Of a DNA stretch of 64,000 nt, positions 59,622-64,000 are shown piece after piece (the first letter of the stretch is position 1; every line of letters starts with the position of its first letter). The notes below the pieces were generated by a model. It made no database searches. It was not told the origin of the DNA and was given only the letters and a program-made list of their open reading frames with translations. Source of the DNA: Zygnema circumcarinatum SAG 698-1b. Lineage: Eukaryota; Plantae; Zygnematophyceae. Position numbers and translations under genes: made by a program. The stretch is from contig CM074810.1 of assembly GCA_037447605.1 (NCBI GenBank), positions 1,956,880 through 2,020,879 of the forward strand, written 5' to 3'.

Positions 59622-59696
59622 TCGTGGTTCCCCGTGTTGTTGTCGTTGTTGTCCATGTGCATTTGATGCCATCGTCGTGAGATCGATGGCATTTTT
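59622..59696 (-). repeat. Dispersed intergenic element, copy D (diverged)
   Basis: Minus strand reads AAAATGCCATCGATCTCACGACGATGGCATCAAATGCACATGGACAACAACGACAACAACACGGGGAACCACGA. Confidence 0.8.
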
Positions 59697-59842
59697 TCCC
59701 TCATTGACCTCCACGCTTAGGCGTTTCCGCTCGTCCTAATCTCTTAAGCCACAAGCCTCAGTGGTTGACATCGTGCACTTCTTCCTCACCAAGGCAAGGC
59801 ACAGAGAGGTGCCCAAAAAAACATGAAAATCTTAAGGGGCCT

Positions 59843-61715
59843 CTAGAAGGAAGCGAGGCCGCACAGCTTCCTCACATGCTCATACGATACCCAGAACACG
59901 AACTGCCATGGCCCCAGCCTCGCCCATGTTGGCAGGAAGCCACGCCAGAGAGTCAGCGCCCCCTCCCGCTTCACAATGCTCTTGACGCAGTCCCATGAGC
60001 TTCTGTATACGAGGGGAGCCCCATTCGAAGGAGATGCCGCAGCACCTTCCGTCCGCATTTGGTTCATCATCCTCGTTTTGACTACGTCTGCGGGGCAGCT
60101 GAGAGTCGTTGCTACGAGTCCCGATACCATGGAGGCCATGGAGTGAGCGTAGATATTGTCCTCCGCGAAGCCAGAAGAGATTATAAAGTGCTTTGCCTGG
60201 TCATAGCACGAGAGCTCTCCCATGTTTACAAGAAATGCTCGCTGAGCATTCGGACCGACCCCTCTGTACAGACCTGCAAACAGCAGACACCTCGCATATT
60301 ACTTTCAGCGTTTCAAGCCTTCTACCAATTTCACACTCTAGACTTTGCATGCGTCTGTCGAGTTCTTTAACCAACACCTGAACACTGCTGCCGTTTGGAG
60401 GAACAACAAGGGCAACGCCTTTCTCCGGAGTATGCAATCTGCCTTTCATTTCCGGACGTCAAAATCATAGGATGACTCACGCAATTGCAGCCGTATGCTC
60501 GCCTTATTGCATGTTCTCCCTTCCCGTTAGACACGGAACAGGATGGAGAAAGCCCTACTTTACTGTACCTGATGCTGCACTTTCCAAGTAAGGATAGAGA
60601 CCTTGCCTGCTACTCCTTCTTGTCGTACGATTTTGGAAAATGCATCCGCGACATTCCGGTATCGTGGAGTTTGCCCTAATTTGACAAGTCGCCCGTCTGC
60701 TTGCATTCGGACTTTCACCAAGTCTGCAGGGCTCGCCACAACCTAGCCTTCCCTCGTTCACCCTCCCGCCCTCTATTTTTCAAAGCCAGTCCACCAGTTC
60801 CATTCAACCGTAAGTGATACGTATCCTTTTTCGTATGCAATGCATATGCCAAACAAACACAAACACAGATGGTATTCACATAACCCACAGAGGATCGCAC
60901 TGTTTGGTCCCGCAATGCAGTTACTTTTCAATAGCGCTTGAAATGAGGAACTGGTAAAGGGACCTATTTTTTTTGGAAATCGTAGTTTACCTGCCCAACT
61001 ATTCCAGCTGTTCCTCCCAGCAACGCCTTTACAGCCACTGATATCGACTGCCCAGCATCACTAGCGCCGACGCTGCCGCCGCTCACATAGGACCGCAACT
61101 ACATCACACCATTCTCGACATAGTCATTTAAGTTGCCCGCAAACAAGACAGTTCACTCATCAATTTCTTATATTCTCACAAAGTATCCATAAAGTTGTTA
61201 ATTTTTCGGGTTCTTTGAAGAATACTTGGGGTTCCTAGGGTATCCTTAAGGGTTCAAAAATCTAAAAAACCATAGTCTTCTTCGGCAAACTTCAAGGAAT
61301 TCAGGAGACTGTCTGTGCTGACCTGCTCATAGGTGGTGATGCGAATGCTTGTGTATGCCACGTGGCGCAGGAGAGCAGGCGGGAGGCCGCGGTAGAGCCC
61401 ACGCACTCCCTCCTCCCTCACTATGGCCGAGAAAGTTCCGAGTGATGTTGCACGTACCCCGGATGATGCACAGCGCTGCAGCTGCATCCTCGTCTTGGTG
61501 ATGTCGAGTGGGAAGGTCGCTGACTCAGCAGCCATGGCGGCCAAGGCGGTGAGGCCCAGCCGGAGGCTCAGAGGCGGAACTTTGACAGATTTTGGCTTTC
61601 CAGGACTTTTAGGATTTTCGGAGTTTTTTGGATTTTGAGGAGCTTCAAGAAGCCCTGCTTGCTCTGACTTTGCGACGTCCATGAGAGGAGGGATCTGAGA
61701 TGCGTCAGCTTGCAT
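59843..61715 (-). CDS. UCP3: Mitochondrial uncoupling protein 3-like carrier (PUMP3/UCP3), 4 exons
   Basis: Three carrier motifs: FPLDITKTRMQ, SPADLVKVRMQ, CPADVVKTRMM. Also RAFLVNMGELSCYDQAK and C-terminal FLPTWARLGPWQFVFWVSYE. Intron 3 is GC-AG. Confidence 0.94.
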
Positions 61716-62818
61716 AATTCACGCGGGAGACAATCAGATGCGAAAGTGAAACCGTGAGAAGGAAAATTCCTTTGTAAGGAAGGCTTGGGGAGTCCCCAGA
61801 AGGGAAAATATTATGAAGCAGGCAGACGAGCAAAATGCCTGGAAAGAAAGAGCAAGAGCTTCCATGTGTAATGCAGCGCCATCATTCCATTCTTGAACCT
61901 GCCCGCAACATTTGGCAGAAGAATAAAATGTCTTCAGAAAGCCAATGCGAGGCGACAAAGCGATCGGCGGGTGTGAGAAGCCCTCCTGCATGCGAGCGAG
62001 CGGAGCTCTACCGGTAGCCATGGATACATGGTTGGATCCCTTCAGAAGGTCGGCTTTGAGTTGTGGACCTACATCTTGTCACCTGGAACTAAGGTTGCTT
62101 CCTATTGGCCAAAATAGACAGATAGGAACACATGGTTTGCAAGATCCTAATTGGCGAAAGGATTTGGCAAGCGTGAAAAATGGAGGTCATTCGCCCACGT
62201 GGTGGCCATTTGATTGGCTGTTCTCCAAGTCGGCTGAGCGAATAAGCAAGCGCCACGTGTCAAGCTAGGGTGCGGTTGCCGTGCCCAGGGGCGGCACAAT
62301 CAGTCAAGAAAAATACGTTTCCTGCCCGATGCGTAACGCTGGGCTCTGGCGATTGGTCGAGGGAAAAGTTTTACACTGCGTAATTGTGCGGGCAGATTTC
62401 TGGTCCAGTCCACGTGGGCTGGTGGGGCCCACCGGAGCATCTGACGTGGAGCATCTCCCGCGGGGGAACAATGCTCGGGGGGAGATATTTCCGGAGCCGG
62501 GCGGCAACGCCAAACTTTTGGAGGACGACCAAAAAAACATATTCTTAGGGAAAATATAAAGTCATGGAAACTTTTCTTGTAAGACATTTATCAAAACTAT
62601 TCATATACACATAATCCGATAAGTTCAGTTTTTGGGATCTCCCATCGGACGGCGGCTGCCCGTTCAACATGAATTTTCATCGACCAAAGAAAGTAAAATT
62701 TTCTGGAATCAAGTGGTATACGGGTAGGTAAACTTAAATGTTGTAGCTGCCCGGAAGGCGAAAAAGTGGAAGCAAGGTCCCTGCGCAGGAACTCGAGCGA
62801 GGAGGAGACGCCATAGCC

Positions 62819-64000
62819 ATGGCTGCAGCTCCCGCTGCCAGTTCCGCCCTTGTCGCCATGGATGTTTCTCTTCAGGCCGTGGACTTCTGCCGCGTTCCTT
62901 CTATCAGAGCAACTACCGCATTGCGGCTCAAGAGCTTTAGGGTTTCCTGCTCTTCTCCCAGCTGGAGAAGGGCCTCTCAGTCTCTCTCTCTCTCCTCCCT
63001 CCCTTGTACCTCCCACCCCGTGAGGAGGGAGATGGCGATTAGGGCTGGTGAATCCGACGGATCCTCTGCTGCCACGGACGCGGAGCGGCTTGATTGGGAG
63101 AAGCGGAAGGTGCGTGGAAAGTTCGTTGGATGGATCAGTTGTTTTAGGGTTGCAAGTTCAGTATCATCCGTTCTGCAGGTCCGCCGCAAGGACATGAATA
63201 CTCTCTGTGCACGTCAATTTATATAATTAGAACTCAAAATAGAATGAATGAATGACTGAATGATCAGTCAATTCAGTAATTCAGGATAGGTTTGTGGACA
63301 CTGGTATAGTTTCTTACAGGGAACATGAGAAAAAGATGGACGACTTTTCGCCACTTTAACCAATTCCTTTTTTTTTATTAACAAATATCTACATGCAGAA
63401 GTATAGGTCACAGGGTCTTGAATCGGAAGAGGAACTCCTGAATTTTCCTTAATTTGATGATTTTTTTTTTCTCCGTTCTTTTATGTTTGATGCTGCGCCG
63501 CCGTGCAGAGCGAGGCAGATGAGGGCGAAGGCGAAAAGCACATTGGTGGGTGGGAGTGGACTCTGAATTGGGACGCTGTCATTCCGTCTCTGATCATTGG
63601 GTCGTGCCCGCGAAGCGCAGGGGATGTGGTCAGTATGGCAACTTCAATTTCGGCTTAAACTGCGGCTGCGGTTTAATATAAAGTCATTTTAAATCCGTTT
63701 CAATTGCGGTGCAATGAGACTTTCCGTGGAAGCGTTTTCAAGAAACGCCTGCGAAGTTTCCATAATTTGTCAGGATGTTAAATGAATTCACGTCACGTCG
63801 TATGGTTGAATGCATGTAGAAGCAGCTGGAAATTCTTTCGACCTTCATGGAGGGCTTGTGACAGGTTTTTCCTAGGTTCAACCTTGTGGCATAGTGCTCT
63901 TTCACTAATGCAGAACAAGTCACAATACATGTTCTTAGAGAAGTTTCTGTTTTATGTCTTTTCCATTGTGTCAGATGCTTGTTCAGAAGTCTTACATTGA
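62819..64000 (+). CDS. Plastid-targeted dual-specificity phosphatase of the SEX4/LSF glucan phosphatase family; partial, continues beyond the window
   Basis: Exon 1 (62819-63109) is transit-peptide-like. Exon 2 (63509-63628) reads ...GWEWTLNWDAVIPSLIIGSCPRSAGDV, resembling the SEX4-family 'N..I.P.LIVGSC' start of the DSP domain. The catalytic CX5R is not in the window. Confidence 0.65.

Overview
This is gene-dense, intron-rich eukaryotic DNA of plant type. It is most likely a streptophyte alga or other compact-genome green plant; this is inferred from plant-like proteins, a plant-type tRNA-Pro, telo-boxes and G-boxes. By following GT-AG boundaries by hand I reconstructed 14 protein-coding genes: an unknown protein (cut by the window edge), vacuolar NHX, ADIP/Msd1-like, class I HDAC, DAP3/mS29, thymidylate kinase, GST-zeta, D-cysteine desulfhydrase 2, GH5 glucanase with a fascin-like insert, archaeal-type iPGAM, a small membrane protein, ERCC1, UCP3/PUMP3, and a SEX4/LSF-like phosphatase (cut by the window edge). 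There is also one tRNA-Pro(AGG), a MITE with perfect 25-bp TIRs, many homopurine/homopyrimidine intron tracts and four 10-nt assembly gaps. The most interesting unexplained signal is a dispersed ~90-125 bp element with conserved blocks ATCTCACGA / AAATGYACATGGACAA / GGGGAACCACGA. It has 4 full copies and 1 partial copy, all in head-to-tail intergenic intervals. Its 5' part forms a hairpin whose stem varies between copies, and all indels between copies are multiples of 3. Other notable signals are dense GTAC clusters at promoters, exon-level GC3 mosaicism next to G-rich tracts, a long structured tRNA-Pro 3' trailer, a possible unannotated spliced micro-ORF, and a GC-AG intron. All gene calls rest on motif recognition from memory, not database searches.
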